From: Lytechinus pictus
Taxonomy: Eukaryota
Reading direction: 5' to 3'
DNA length: 64,000 nucleotides
NCBI RefSeq assembly: GCF_037042905.1
Contig: NC_087252.1
Span: forward strand, 19,222,001 to 19,286,000
The notes below the pieces were generated by a model. That model searched no databases, had not been told where the DNA came from, and worked only from the letters and a program-made list of their open reading frames with translations. Positions 12,830-24,930 of this stretch are shown here, piece after piece; positions within the stretch are counted from its first letter, which is position 1; every line of letters starts with the position of its first letter. The position numbers and the translations under genes are program-made.

Positions 12830-13530
12830 GTGCACAGGCACAGTCCCTACTTGAAACTTTGATCAAAAAGTCGGTCTTCACACAAGACTAGAACATACAG
12901 AATTTGCTGTTTCTTGAAACTATGGTAATCAACAAGTGGGTCTCCACACAAGACTAGTGCTCATTTCAAACTGGCCGTTTCTTGAAACTATGGTAATCAA
13001 CAAGTGGGTCTCCACACAAGACTAGTGCTCATTTCAAACTGGCTGTTTCTTGAAACTATGGTAATCAACAAGTGGGTCTCCACACAAGACTAGTGCTCAT
13101 TTCAAACTGGCTGTTTCTTGAAACATCAACAGGTGGGTCTTCACACAAGACTAGTGCTCACATAAAAATTGCTGTTTCTTGAAACTATGATCAACAAGTG
13201 AGTCTTCACACAAGACCAGCACATAAAACGTGCTGCTCCTTGAACCTTTGATCAACAAGTGGTTCTTCCCACAAGACTAGGGCTCACATAAAACTGGCTG
13301 TTTCTTGAAACTATGATCAACAAGTGGGTCTTCCCACAAGACTAGGGCTCACATAAAACTGGCTGTTTCTTGAAACTTTGACCAACAAGTGGGTCTTCAC
13401 ACAAGACTACATGTAGTAGAACATATTATTATATGCTGTTTCAATTTCAGGTGAGAGGGCCTTCAGTACAATAGTCATTGAACAGGTAGTAACACTTGAA
13501 CACGAGTGAAGGGTTTGAACAGAAGATTAG
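12830..13530. repeat. Copy of the 9039-type element with an internal ~60-68-bp segment amplified about 9 times
   Basis: cttgaaact.tg...atcaacaagtgggtct.cacacaagactag units, followed by the element's 3' part (gagagggccttcagtaca...gagtgaagggtttg). Confidence 0.85.
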
Positions 13531-14053
13531 TGCACACTTGAGGTTAAATTCAAGAGCATGTCACCTCCAAGAACATACAAACTACAGATTACATACATGT
13601 CATGTCCACAAAGGTGCCCCGTGTTATAATACAGAGTATTCCTGGACATCTAAAGCAATCAAAGAACAAAAAATATGTACATGTACACAGGGTTAAGGTT
13701 TAGAGAATAATTGATCACCTTTTAAGGTCCAAAGTTGCCATTTTTAGACAAAGAACTTGAGAAGGGGATGGGCTTTTGTCGTTTGTCATTATTGGCATTT
13801 CCTGGCTCAGTGTGCGTGCATTGTCAATATGATCTGAAGACTCAAAGGACAATGTGTACCAAACAATGCTGTAATTTGGAACACAAACACAATAAAGCCA
13901 AGGGCACAGTAAAAGTAAACACGATTGTTGATTTTTTTTTTCACAATAACACAATACTATGTACATGTAGGCCCTAAAGTTTGACTCAAAGTGAGTATCA
14001 CAACAGCCTAATGCATGCCCTGTAATGTAATGTACATTCAAAGCATACATTAA

Positions 14054-14649
14054 AGGACAAGTCCACCCCAACAAAAAGCTGATTTGAATAGAAAGAGAAA
14101 AATCAAACATGAATAATGCTGAAAACTTCATCAAAATCGGATGTAAAATAATAAAGTTATGACATTTTAAAGTTTCGCTTATTTTTAACAAAATAGTTAT
14201 ATGAACGAGCCAGTTACATCCAAATGAGAGAGTCGATGATGTCACTCACTCACTATTTCTTTTGTTTTTTATTGTTTGAATTATACAATATTTCAATTTT
14301 TACGAATTTGACAATTAGGACCCCCTTGCTTGAACCACAAAATGTTAAAACAATGGAATTCCATGTGTTCAGGGAGGAATTAAACTTTGTTTCACATGAC
14401 AGTGACAAGAAAATCAAAATATTTCATATAATAAAATACAAAAGAAATAGTGAGTGGGTGATGTCATCGGTTCTCTCATTTGCATACCGAACAGGGTGTG
14501 CATATAACTGTTTTGTGAAATTAAGCGAAACTTTAAAATGTCATAACTTTCTTATTTTACATCCGATTTTGATGAAATTTTCAGTGTTATGCTTGTTTGA
14601 TTTCTCTCTTTCTATTCAAATCAGCTTTTTGTTGGGGTGGACTTGTCCT
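14054..14649. mobile_element. TTAA element family A, opposite orientation to 7789-8369
   Basis: Same TIR and TTAA flanks; internal octamer reads ctcatttgcatac. Confidence 0.88.
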
Positions 14650-15516
14650 TTAATATATAAAGTACATGTACATGGAGAGACCTACACGTGTACTCTCCAT
14701 AGTCCATACAGTACGTGAATAGGCCTGTATGCTTTTTGCATACCCTATACTGTAGGTGCACATACATGTACATGTAATGTAGAGTCTAAATGTATACAAA
14801 TGTCTGTACAATTGTACTTCTACTCCTTGAATCATATACATGTAGATCAATGGAGATCACGATTAACCTGATCCTCACTACGTGAGTAATGAATTAGGCA
14901 AATATATCAGATTTGCTTTTAAATAGCTTTCTGTGCAATTAAACACAAAAGAGTGATTGCAAAAGATAAAGAATGAAAATTTATATTGTATCCAGATTGA
15001 CTCATGCTGACAAATCATTCACGCATTGAACATGATACATACATGTACATACATGTCCAGTACATGCATGCATGCAAAATAACATGGAGGCTAAAAGTCT
15101 ATGTGTACCATGTCGGCTATTTACACATCATTAAAACAGATGAAGGCCTAGTAAAGTCGATCATGGACACATACATGTAGGTTGTATGTACATGTAGTTC
15201 AAGAAATTGATCTACATTAATCTGAAAAGGGGCAGACATGAACAAGGTTATTGGTTCCAATTAATAAACTCCCACAGAATTCACACTTCCAACTTTCTTG
15301 AGCCTACAACAATTAAGGCTCTTATATTCTCGTACATCATACAGGTGCACTCTTCTTGCTCAACACCTGAAGTTCATGAAATATGCTTGTATGGGGTGAA
15401 TCCCACTTCATGTACATCATGTACATGCATGTAACTCCTTTAAAAAAAATCATTATAAATTCATGTAGGCCTAACTACTTGAAGTATCTTGCAGACATTT
15501 TCTTGTGAGTACTTAA

Positions 15517-17004
15517 TGGACAAGTCCACCCCAACAAAAAGTTTATCTGAATAAAAAGAGAAAAATCCAACAAGCATAACACTGAAAATTTCATCAAAAT
15601 CGGATGTAAAATAAGAAAGTTATGACATTTTAAAGTTTCGCTTAAGGACGTTCCACAGTTATGTTTGTGCGCATTATGATCTGCGCATATTTAACACTCC
15701 GCGCGCTGACGTCACAATGGATGAACAGGTGATTAATTAGCTGTGGGTATGAGCTGATTTTTCTCATCCTCTGCATCCTAACTGCAGGTCCGATGCGTTA
15801 TTTTATGAAGCTAAAAGAATGGAATTATTCCATGGACCATTAAAAAAAATATCTCTACAATTTCAAAATACTTTACTCTGCAGTACTGCCAAGAATCACG
15901 AATATGACCCCGAGTTTGAATAAATGGTAGTCGTGGTTTTTAATTTTTCTTCACATAGATACAAAGCATTTGGCGCATTTTTGGTGTTTTAAAAAGCACG
16001 TTTGCTCTAATAAAAATGCTGATAGTTTTAAAACAAACACATGAACCCCTATTTTTTAATGTTTGTACCTCTTAAGTATAGCTTCCTCTACAACTTTGCA
16101 AATTTTGGTGAAAATGACATGGATTTTGAATAAAGTGCAGCATTTATTGTACTTTTGTAGTCTGTTATTGAAATTTCACATTTTTGAGATTGGGTTTTTG
16201 TTATCTTTTACGCCATTTTTAAGAACTGACTGTGCTGTTAGACTTAAAGTTGCAAACAAATAGCACAATAATTAGATTCTCTATTCTAACGATACAATTA
16301 TTAACTCTCTTGCGATATTTGAAGACTTTTTCATGTATTTTGACTGAGTAATAGAGGTTTAAACTCATTGTAGTATTCTTGCGAGGTCTAAAAATGCCAA
16401 ATTCTTTTGAATGCGCAATTCTTAAGAACATCAATTTGGGTGAACTTTGAAGCTCTATAGCAAAAAATCAAGCACATGGACCTATGTTAATACTTGCATA
16501 TTTCGAATATTAAGGTTCTAAAGTATCTATGTGCAAAGTTTGGTGAAAATGACATGGATTTCACTTTAACTGTGGAACGTCCTTAATATGCACATCCTGG
16601 CTGGTATGCAAATGAGGAGACTATGACGTCATCCACTCACTATTTCTTTTGTATTTTATTACATGAAATATTCTCATTTTCTCCTCATTGTCAAGTGATA
16701 CAACGATTAATTCCTCCTTAAACAAGTGGAATTAGCATTGTTTAATACTATATGGTTCAGTCAAGTTGGTCCTTATTGTCCAATCTATAAAAAATGAAAT
16801 ATTGTATAATTCAAACAATAAAAAACTAAAGAAATAGTGACTCACCTAGTTGTGCATATCACTGTTTTGTGAAAAATAAGCGAAACTTTAAAATGTCATA
16901 ACTTTCTTATTTTACATCCGATTTTGATGGAATTTTCAGCACTATGCTAGTTTGATTTTTCTCTATTTATTCAAGTCAGCATTTGCCTGGGCTGGACTTG
17001 ACCT
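15517..17004. mobile_element. TTAA element family A interrupted by a nested element
   Basis: TTAA|TGGACAAGTCCACCCC ... CTGGACTTGACCT|TTAA; family A sequence resumes at 16587. Confidence 0.85.
15646..16582. mobile_element. Nested TTAA element, family B (16-bp perfect TIR)
   Basis: TTAA|GGACGTTCCACAGTTA ... TAACTGTGGAACGTCC|TTAA. Confidence 0.88.
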
Positions 17005-17031
17005 TTAACTTTGAATAGCCAAATCACTTAC

Positions 17032-17139
17032 ATTGTTTTATCTAAATACTTTGTAGAATGTAAACAAATACCCAGGTATTCTGTTTTCTGCGATCAGGTG
17101 GACCGGAAAGCACTGGATATTGGAAATAGGCCATTGTAC
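17032..17139 (-). other. Candidate 5' UTR exon of the PCSK7-like gene
   Basis: Acceptor cacttttgttgcag and consensus donor gtaagtg bracket 108 nt of non-repeat sequence. No transcript evidence. Confidence 0.45.
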
Positions 17140-18274
17140 CTGCAACAAAAGTGTATCAGCTCAGCATTCAGCCTTGGCCAGAGATTGGGGCAAGGTTTTG
17201 TATTGGTAAAGTTGATATCATATAGAATACACTCTGTTACTCAGTCGTCTGGATCATTTTGAGTCAATCTCCATTCTATGAAATAACTACATACTACTAG
17301 TATGTTATACATGTACAGTGGAGCTATACATAGCTATAGTACTATAGGCCTACTATAAACCCTGCTCAAATCATGCCAATCAGAATTTGAAGCAAGACTC
17401 AACAAAGATGATACATAATAATAGTCCAATGCTATTTTTATTGTGCAATTAATTAGTTTGTACATGTAGTATGTACTGTACTATAGAGGGAAAAATTGCC
17501 CTGCTCAAACCATGCCAATCAGTACAAAAAAAAACAAATTATGGTGTGATTAAACTCATAGTCCAAAATGCAACAATTATTGGGACAACAGTAATAGGCA
17601 AATAGGTACCTGCTCAATTCATGCCAAAGGGTGCAAAATTACAGAAAATAATTAAACTCAAGAAAGATGTTACAATCACAGTCAAAAAGCTATCTTTTTA
17701 ATCATAAGTTTACTATAAAAAAATCAATTGTCTCACTGAAATCATGCAAATCAGAAAATTTAAGCAAATTATGGTGGAATACTCTATATGAACTCATGAA
17801 ATATGATACAATGAATTTTTTTCTTCTAATGTTTATGCATTTTATTAAAGATTTGTTTGTTATGACATTTTGAACAGGTGAAGTGAGGAAAATGAGATTC
17901 ATGAAAGGGTGCACAGGTAAATGAATTGGAGGAAGTATCTATGAACCTTCTGTAGTCTGTAGTACAGTACATGTAGCTTTTATAAAGAACACAGGATCCA
18001 GGAAGCATTTCATGCAGTGCCATGTCGGGTACCTTCTATCACAAATTTGTGCTCATCCAATCAGACAATAGGTTTTCAGTAGCTTATAACAGTCCTGAAA
18101 ACTTTATTGCTGCTATCACGCTTCATGAAACAATGTCCAGGAAGTGAAGGAGATCAACAGGGAAGAGCAAAAAGGTGTTAAATGATGGTGATAATGAAAT
18201 TGAAAAGATATGATTGATGTTGGGAAGGAAATACATACTGTCCCATATGGAGATACACTAGTCTATCTTCAATC

Positions 18275-21200
18275 ACAAATTTGTACTCATCCAATCAGAC
18301 AATAGGATTTCAGTAGCTTATAACAGTCCTGAAAACTAATCTTGCTGCTATCGCACTTCGTGAAACAATTCCCAGAAAGTGAAGGAGATCAACAATGAGC
18401 AAAAAGGTGTTAAGATGATGCAGGTGATAATGAAATTAAAAAGATATGATTGATGTTGGGAAGGAAATACATACTGTCCCATATGGAGATATACACTAGT
18501 CTACCTTTAATCACAAATTTGTACTCATCCAATCAGACGATAGGATTTCAGCAGCTTATAACAGTCTTGAAAACTTTATTACTGCAATCACACTTCGTGA
18601 AACAATTCCCAGGAAATGAAGGAGATCAACAGGGAAGAGCAAAAAGGTGTCAAGATGCTGGGGATAATGAAATTGAAAAGATGTGATTGATATTTGAGAA
18701 GGAAATACATGCCCCATATATATTGAGATACACTAGTCTGCATGCAGACTCATTTGACACTAACAAATTAGCCCTACATGTATACATGTCTAGAGTGAAG
18801 ACTAGAAGCCAAAGGCTTTATCGGAGCATGTATCCTAGTAGGATCCACATCAAAGCCAGCCACAGTACATAGTGCATCTAATGCCTTTGATAGGCCGTTG
18901 GCCTTTGTTAAATTCCACACATTTGTATTCTCTGTATGTGGTGTGATCTCATGTACGTATATGTGCCTTTTATCACTGACATATTGTCTTTTTATGCAAA
19001 TGTGAAATAAATTGAATTAAAATTGAATTGAATGTAGTCTCATTGCTTCAGACTCTGCATTATGCACTATGCAAATTGCGAAAACCAAGGTCTGCAGCCA
19101 AAGACTAGGGAAAAACAGGATATGGATGAGGAGATGGTGTGAAAGGAACTATTAAAAGAAAAGGTCTTGTGATTTAAATTGGAAAGAGAGGGTATTAATA
19201 TTAGATTTGTATTGAATTGGATTTTGCACTATTTTTTTTCAAATCTCGCTTTAAACAAAAGGATTGAAAAATATGTGTGAAGAATTTAAGTTAAAAAGTT
19301 GTTTGAAGATAAACATGTACATGTATGCTAGCAATTATTTCAAAATGAGTCTGCGCAGTTCAATCCAATATTAAACATGATAACCCGGGTTCTGTACAAA
19401 AATAAAAACATTTTAAACAATCCTGGAACAGGAAGAAATGGATGTAGAAGGTACATTTTGAGCAATAACATAATAAGAGTTCATACATCATTTTTCAAAA
19501 GTGTTCTGTTTTGTATATTTTTAAGTCTCTTTTGTGACACAGCCTTGTTTTTTGTTTTTTTAACTATCATCATGACAATCTCATGTTATTTCATATATAC
19601 AATGTATTCCAGCAAGATCTACTACACAAAAAACAATAGTTGAAAGATAAATACAAATACAACAAGAGCAACCAAAACAGAAGCACATCTAAACTAAAAG
19701 ATAGAGAATGTTACATGAATGACAACTTTTCACAAGTTCTAATCGACACCTTTGATAAATAACAAAATATCAAGTTCTCTTTTCAAAAGCTAATGCTAGT
19801 AGGTCTTGTAAAAACACAATAAAATTTGTAAAATGTGATGCAACTTTTCCTGTAGTCTATTCTAAATGAAAACTTTTAGAAAAAAAAAATAAAAAATCAA
19901 GCAAAAGGGTGATCAAGAAAAAAAGGGGTACAGACTACAGGGAAAACAATCAAAAGACCTTGAATCTTGATTATACATAAGCATGTTAAATAGTGCATTG
20001 TAAACAAGAATTAATCGCTCACTAATTTTTTCTTTTTTGGGGGTGAATCAAGTTCAAGTTTCAATATAGGGCCTAATTTCATTTCTCAACTCAATGTTAC
20101 GATGGTTGCAGTTGTGGGAAGTAAAGAACAAAATAAGTTAGAGGGAGTAAGTTAGACGATACCAACTCTATTAAGTCAAGATCTAACTTAAATTTTAATT
20201 GTTACTACATGAAACGTTAGGACTGGACAAATTTGTACTCATCCAATCAGACAATAGGATTTCAGTAGCTTATAACAGTCCTGAAAACTAATCTTGCTGC
20301 TATCGCACTTCGTGAAACAATTCCCAGAAAGTGAAGGAGATCAACAATGAGCAAAAAGGTGTTAAGATGATGCAGGTGATAATGAAATTGAAAAGATATG
20401 ATTGATGTTGGGAAGGAAATACATACTGTCCCATATGGAGATATACACTAGTCTACCTTTAATCACAAATTTGTACTCATCCAATCAGACGATAGGATTT
20501 CAGCAGCTTATAACAGTCTTGAAAACTTTATTACTGCAATCACACTTCGTGAAACAATTCCCAGGAAATGAAGGAGATCAACAGGGAAGAGCAAAAAGGT
20601 GTCAAGATGCTGGGGATAATGAAATTGAAAAGATGTGATTGATATTTGAGAAGGAAATACATGCCCCATATATATTGAGATACACTAGTCTGCATGCAGA
20701 CTCATTTGACACTAACAAATTAGCCCTACATGTATACATGTCTAGAGTGAAGACTAGAAGCCAAAGGCTTTATCGGAGCATGTATCCTAGTAGGATCCAC
20801 ATCAAAGCCAGCCACAGTACATAGTGCATCTAATGCCTTTGATAGGCCGTTGGCCTTTGTTAAATTCCACACATTTGTATTCTCTGTATGTGGTGTGATC
20901 TCATGTACGTATATGTGCCTTTTATCACTGACATATTGTCTTTTTATGCAAATGTGAAATAAATTGAATTAAAATTGAATTGAATGTAGTCTCATTGCTT
21001 CAGACTCTGCATTATGCACTATGCAAATTGCGAAAACCAAGGTCTGCAGCCAAAGACTAGGGAAAAACAGGATATGGATGAGGAGATGGTGTGAAAGGAA
21101 CTATTAAAAGAAAAGGTCTTGTGATTTAAATTGGAAAGAGAGGGTATTAATATTAGATTTGTATTGAATTGGATTTTGCACTATTTTTTTTCAAATCTCG

Positions 21201-24134
21201 CTTTAAACAAAAGGATTGAAAAATATGTGTGAAGAATTTAAGTTAAAAAGTTGTTTGAAGATAAACATGTACATGTATGCTAGCAATTATTTCAAAATGA
21301 GTCTGCGCAGTTCAATCCAATATTAAACATGATAACCCGGGTTCTGTACAAAAATAAAAACATTTTAAACAATCCTGGAACAGGAAGAAATGGATGTAGA
21401 AGGTACATTTTGAGCAATAACATAATAAGAGTTCATACATCATTTTTCAAAAGTGTTCTGTTTTGTATATTTTTAAGTCTCTTTTGTGACACAGCCTTGT
21501 TTTTTGTTTTTTTAACTATCATCATGACAATCTCATGTTATTTCATATATACAATGTATTCCAGCAAGATCTACTACACAAAAAACAATAGTTGAAAGAT
21601 AAATACAAATACAACAAGAGCAACCAAAACAGAAGCACATCTAAACTAAAAGATAGAGAATGTTACATGAATGACAACTTTTCACAAGTTCTAATCGACA
21701 CCTTTGATAAATAACAAAATATCAAGTTCTCTTTTCAAAAGCTAATGCTAGTAGGTCTTGTAAAAACACAATAAAATTTGTAAAATGTGATGCAACTTTT
21801 CCTGTAGTCTATTCTAAATGAAAACTTTTAGAAAAAAAAAATAAAAAATCAAGCAAAAGGGTGATCAAGAAAAAAAGGGGTACAGACTACAGGGAAAACA
21901 ATCAAAAGACCTTGAATCTTGATTATACATAAGCATGTTAAATAGTGCATTGTAAACAAGAATTAATCGCTCACTAATTTTTTCTTTTTTTGGGGTGAAT
22001 CAAGTTCAAGTTTCAATATAGGGCCTAATTTCATTTCTCAACTCAATGTTACGATGGTTGCAGTTGTGGGAAGTAAAGAACAAAATAAGTTAGAGGGAGT
22101 AAGTTAGACGATACCAACTCTATTAAGTCAAGATCTAACTTAAATTTTAATTGTTACTACATGAAACGTTAGGACTGGACAAATTTGTACTCATCCAATC
22201 AGACAATAGGATTTCAGTAGCTTATAACAGTCCTGAAAACTAATCTTGCTGCTATCGCACTTCGTGAAACAATTCCCAGAAAGTGAAGGAGATCAACAAT
22301 GAGCAAAAAGGTGTTAAGATGATGCAGGTGATAATGAAATTGAAAAGATATGATTGATGTTGGGAAGGAAATACATACTGTCCCATATGGAGATATACAC
22401 TAGTCTACCTTTAATCACAAATTTGTACTCATCCAATCAGACGATAGGATTTCAGCAGCTTATAACAGTCTTGAAAACTTTATTACTGCAATCACACTTC
22501 GTGAAACAATTCCCAGGAAATGAAGGAGATCAACAGGGAAGAGCAAAAAGGTGTCAAGATGCTGGGGATAATGAAATTGAAAAGATGTGATTGATATTTG
22601 AGAAGGAAATACATGCCCCATATATATTGAGATACACTAGTCTGCATGCAGACTCATTTGACACTAACAAATTAGCCCTACATGTATACATGTCTAGAGT
22701 GAAGACTAGAAGCCAAAGGCTTTATCGGAGCATGTATCCTAGTAGGATCCACATCAAAGCCAGCCACAGTACATAGTGCATCTAATGCCTTTGATAGGCC
22801 GTTGGCCTTTGTTAAATTCCACACATTTGTATTCTCTGTATGTGGTGTGATCTCATGTACGTATATGTGCCTTTTATCACTGACATATTGTCTTTTTATG
22901 CAAATGTGAAATAAATTGAATTAAAATTGAATTGAATGTAGTCTCATTGCTTCAGACTCTGCATTATGCACTATGCAAATTGCGAAAACCAAGGTCTGCA
23001 GCCAAAGACTAGGGAAAAACAGGATATGGATGAGGAGATGGTGTGAAAGGAACTATTAAAAGAAAAGGTCTTGTGATTTAAATTGGAAAGAGAGGGTATT
23101 AATATTAGATTTGTATTGAATTGGATTTTGCACTATTTTTTTTCAAATCTCGCTTTAAACAAAAGGATTGAAAAATATGTGTGAAGAATTTAAGTTAAAA
23201 AGTTGTTTGAAGATAAACATGTACATGTATGCTAGCAATTATTTCAAAATGAGTCTGCGCAGTTCAATCCAATATTAAACATGATAACCCGGGTTCTGTA
23301 CAAAAATAAAAACATTTTAAACAATCCTGGAACAGGAAGAAATGGATGTAGAAGGTACATTTTGAGCAATAACATAATAAGAGTTCATACATCATTTTTC
23401 AAAAGTGTTCTGTTTTGTATATTTTTAAGTCTCTTTTGTGACACAGCCTTGTTTTTTGTTTTTTTAACTATCATCATGACAATCTCATGTTATTTCATAT
23501 ATACAATGTATTCCAGCAAGATCTACTACACAAAAAACAATAGTTGAAAGATAAATACAAATACAACAAGAGCAACCAAAACAGAAGCACATCTAAACTA
23601 AAAGATAGAGAATGTTACATGAATGACAACTTTTCACAAGTTCTAATCGACACCTTTGATAAATAACAAAATATCAAGTTCTCTTTTCAAAAGCTAATGC
23701 TAGTAGGTCTTGTAAAAACACAATAAAATTTGTAAAATGTGATGCAACTTTTCCTGTAGTCTATTCTAAATGAAAACTTTTAGAAAAAAAAAATAAAAAA
23801 TCAAGCAAAAGGGTGATCAAGAAAAAAAGGGGTACAGACTACAGGGAAAACAATCAAAAGACCTTGAATCTTGATTATACATAAGCATGTTAAATAGTGC
23901 ATTGTAAACAAGAATTAATCGCTCACTAATTTTTTCTTTTTTTGGGGTGAATCAAGTTCAAGTTTCAATATAGGGCCTAATTTCATTTCTCAACTCAATG
24001 TTACGATGGTTGCAGTTGTGGGAAGTAAAGAACAAAATAAGTTAGAGGGAGTAAGTTAGACGATACCAACTCTATTAAGTCAAGATCTAACTTAAATTTT
24101 AATTGTTACTACATGAAACGTTAGGACTGGACAA
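18275..24134. repeat. Near-identical tandem triplication of a 1952-bp unit
   Basis: Units start at 18275, 20227 and 22179; identical ORFs at 18450/20402/22354; ACAA microhomology at the junctions. Confidence 0.97.
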
Positions 24135-24289
24135 TGGAACTTTGGAAGAATTGTCTATTTAGTATTTATAAATTATGACCACACCATCCATGCAAGGCCA
24201 AGATCAATAACATTATTACATTTAAAGTTACAGATCAAAATAATTCATGAAAATCATCTTAGCTCAGGTGATATTTTGGATTCGACTTT

Positions 24290-24930
24290 GTACTTACACA
24301 GAACACAGTTACAGGATTTTATAATCAACCTTTGTATACAAACACAGTTCACCAGTCTCAGGTGCGGCTGGCGCTAGCGCTCTGCCTCTACTCTGGCCAG
24401 GCCAAAACTCTACTCTACTCCCGTTCCACTGTGTGTTGTTAAAACTTATATACAGTTTATGAGTATGACTATGAGCTGCACCGTTCATTCATGTCCATTG
24501 GCTTGCATGCATGCGTTTGTAAACAAAACAATCTCCACTAGTCTAGGCACTGCCACTACAATCACTCACTCAAAAGTTTAAAAAAACACAAGTAAATATG
24601 TGAATCTACAGTAAAACTACTAAAATTATAACTCAGTTACCTTTGTTTCTTGATAATCTAGTGTCGAGAGTCCCAAAGGACCAACAAAACGATGATAATT
24701 AAGGACATTTTTACCTTATCTTTCCCAATCTCGTGATCCAACTAGAATTCAGAAACCAAATCAATAATTGATAGGTGGCCCTCTACGACAAGGGATTTAC
24801 ATGATTTGGGGGCGGTCGGATCAGTTCATTGGGTCGGATGCACTGATCTCTTCTGAGTGGGTCGGATGCGGATTGATCAAAAGTTTTGAGAAGCTCACGA
24901 TGTAAAAGTATGACGTATTCGGTAAAACTA
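24290..24930 (-). promoter_or_regulatory. Probable promoter/first-exon region of the PCSK7-like gene
   Basis: Local CpG enrichment, GC box GGGGCGG at ~24808, three GGTCGGAT motifs, and minus-strand donors at 24714, 24640 and 24297. Confidence 0.4.

Noticed and set aside
840..13440. CRISPR-like arrays (840-1059, 4188-4492, 12850-13440)
   Set aside because: The units are contiguous with no unique spacers, there are no cas genes, and the context is eukaryotic.
18450..23547. Triplicated 78-, 61- and 88-aa ORFs
   Set aside because: They repeat only because the DNA is triplicated; they show no protein features and overlap MITE-derived sequence.
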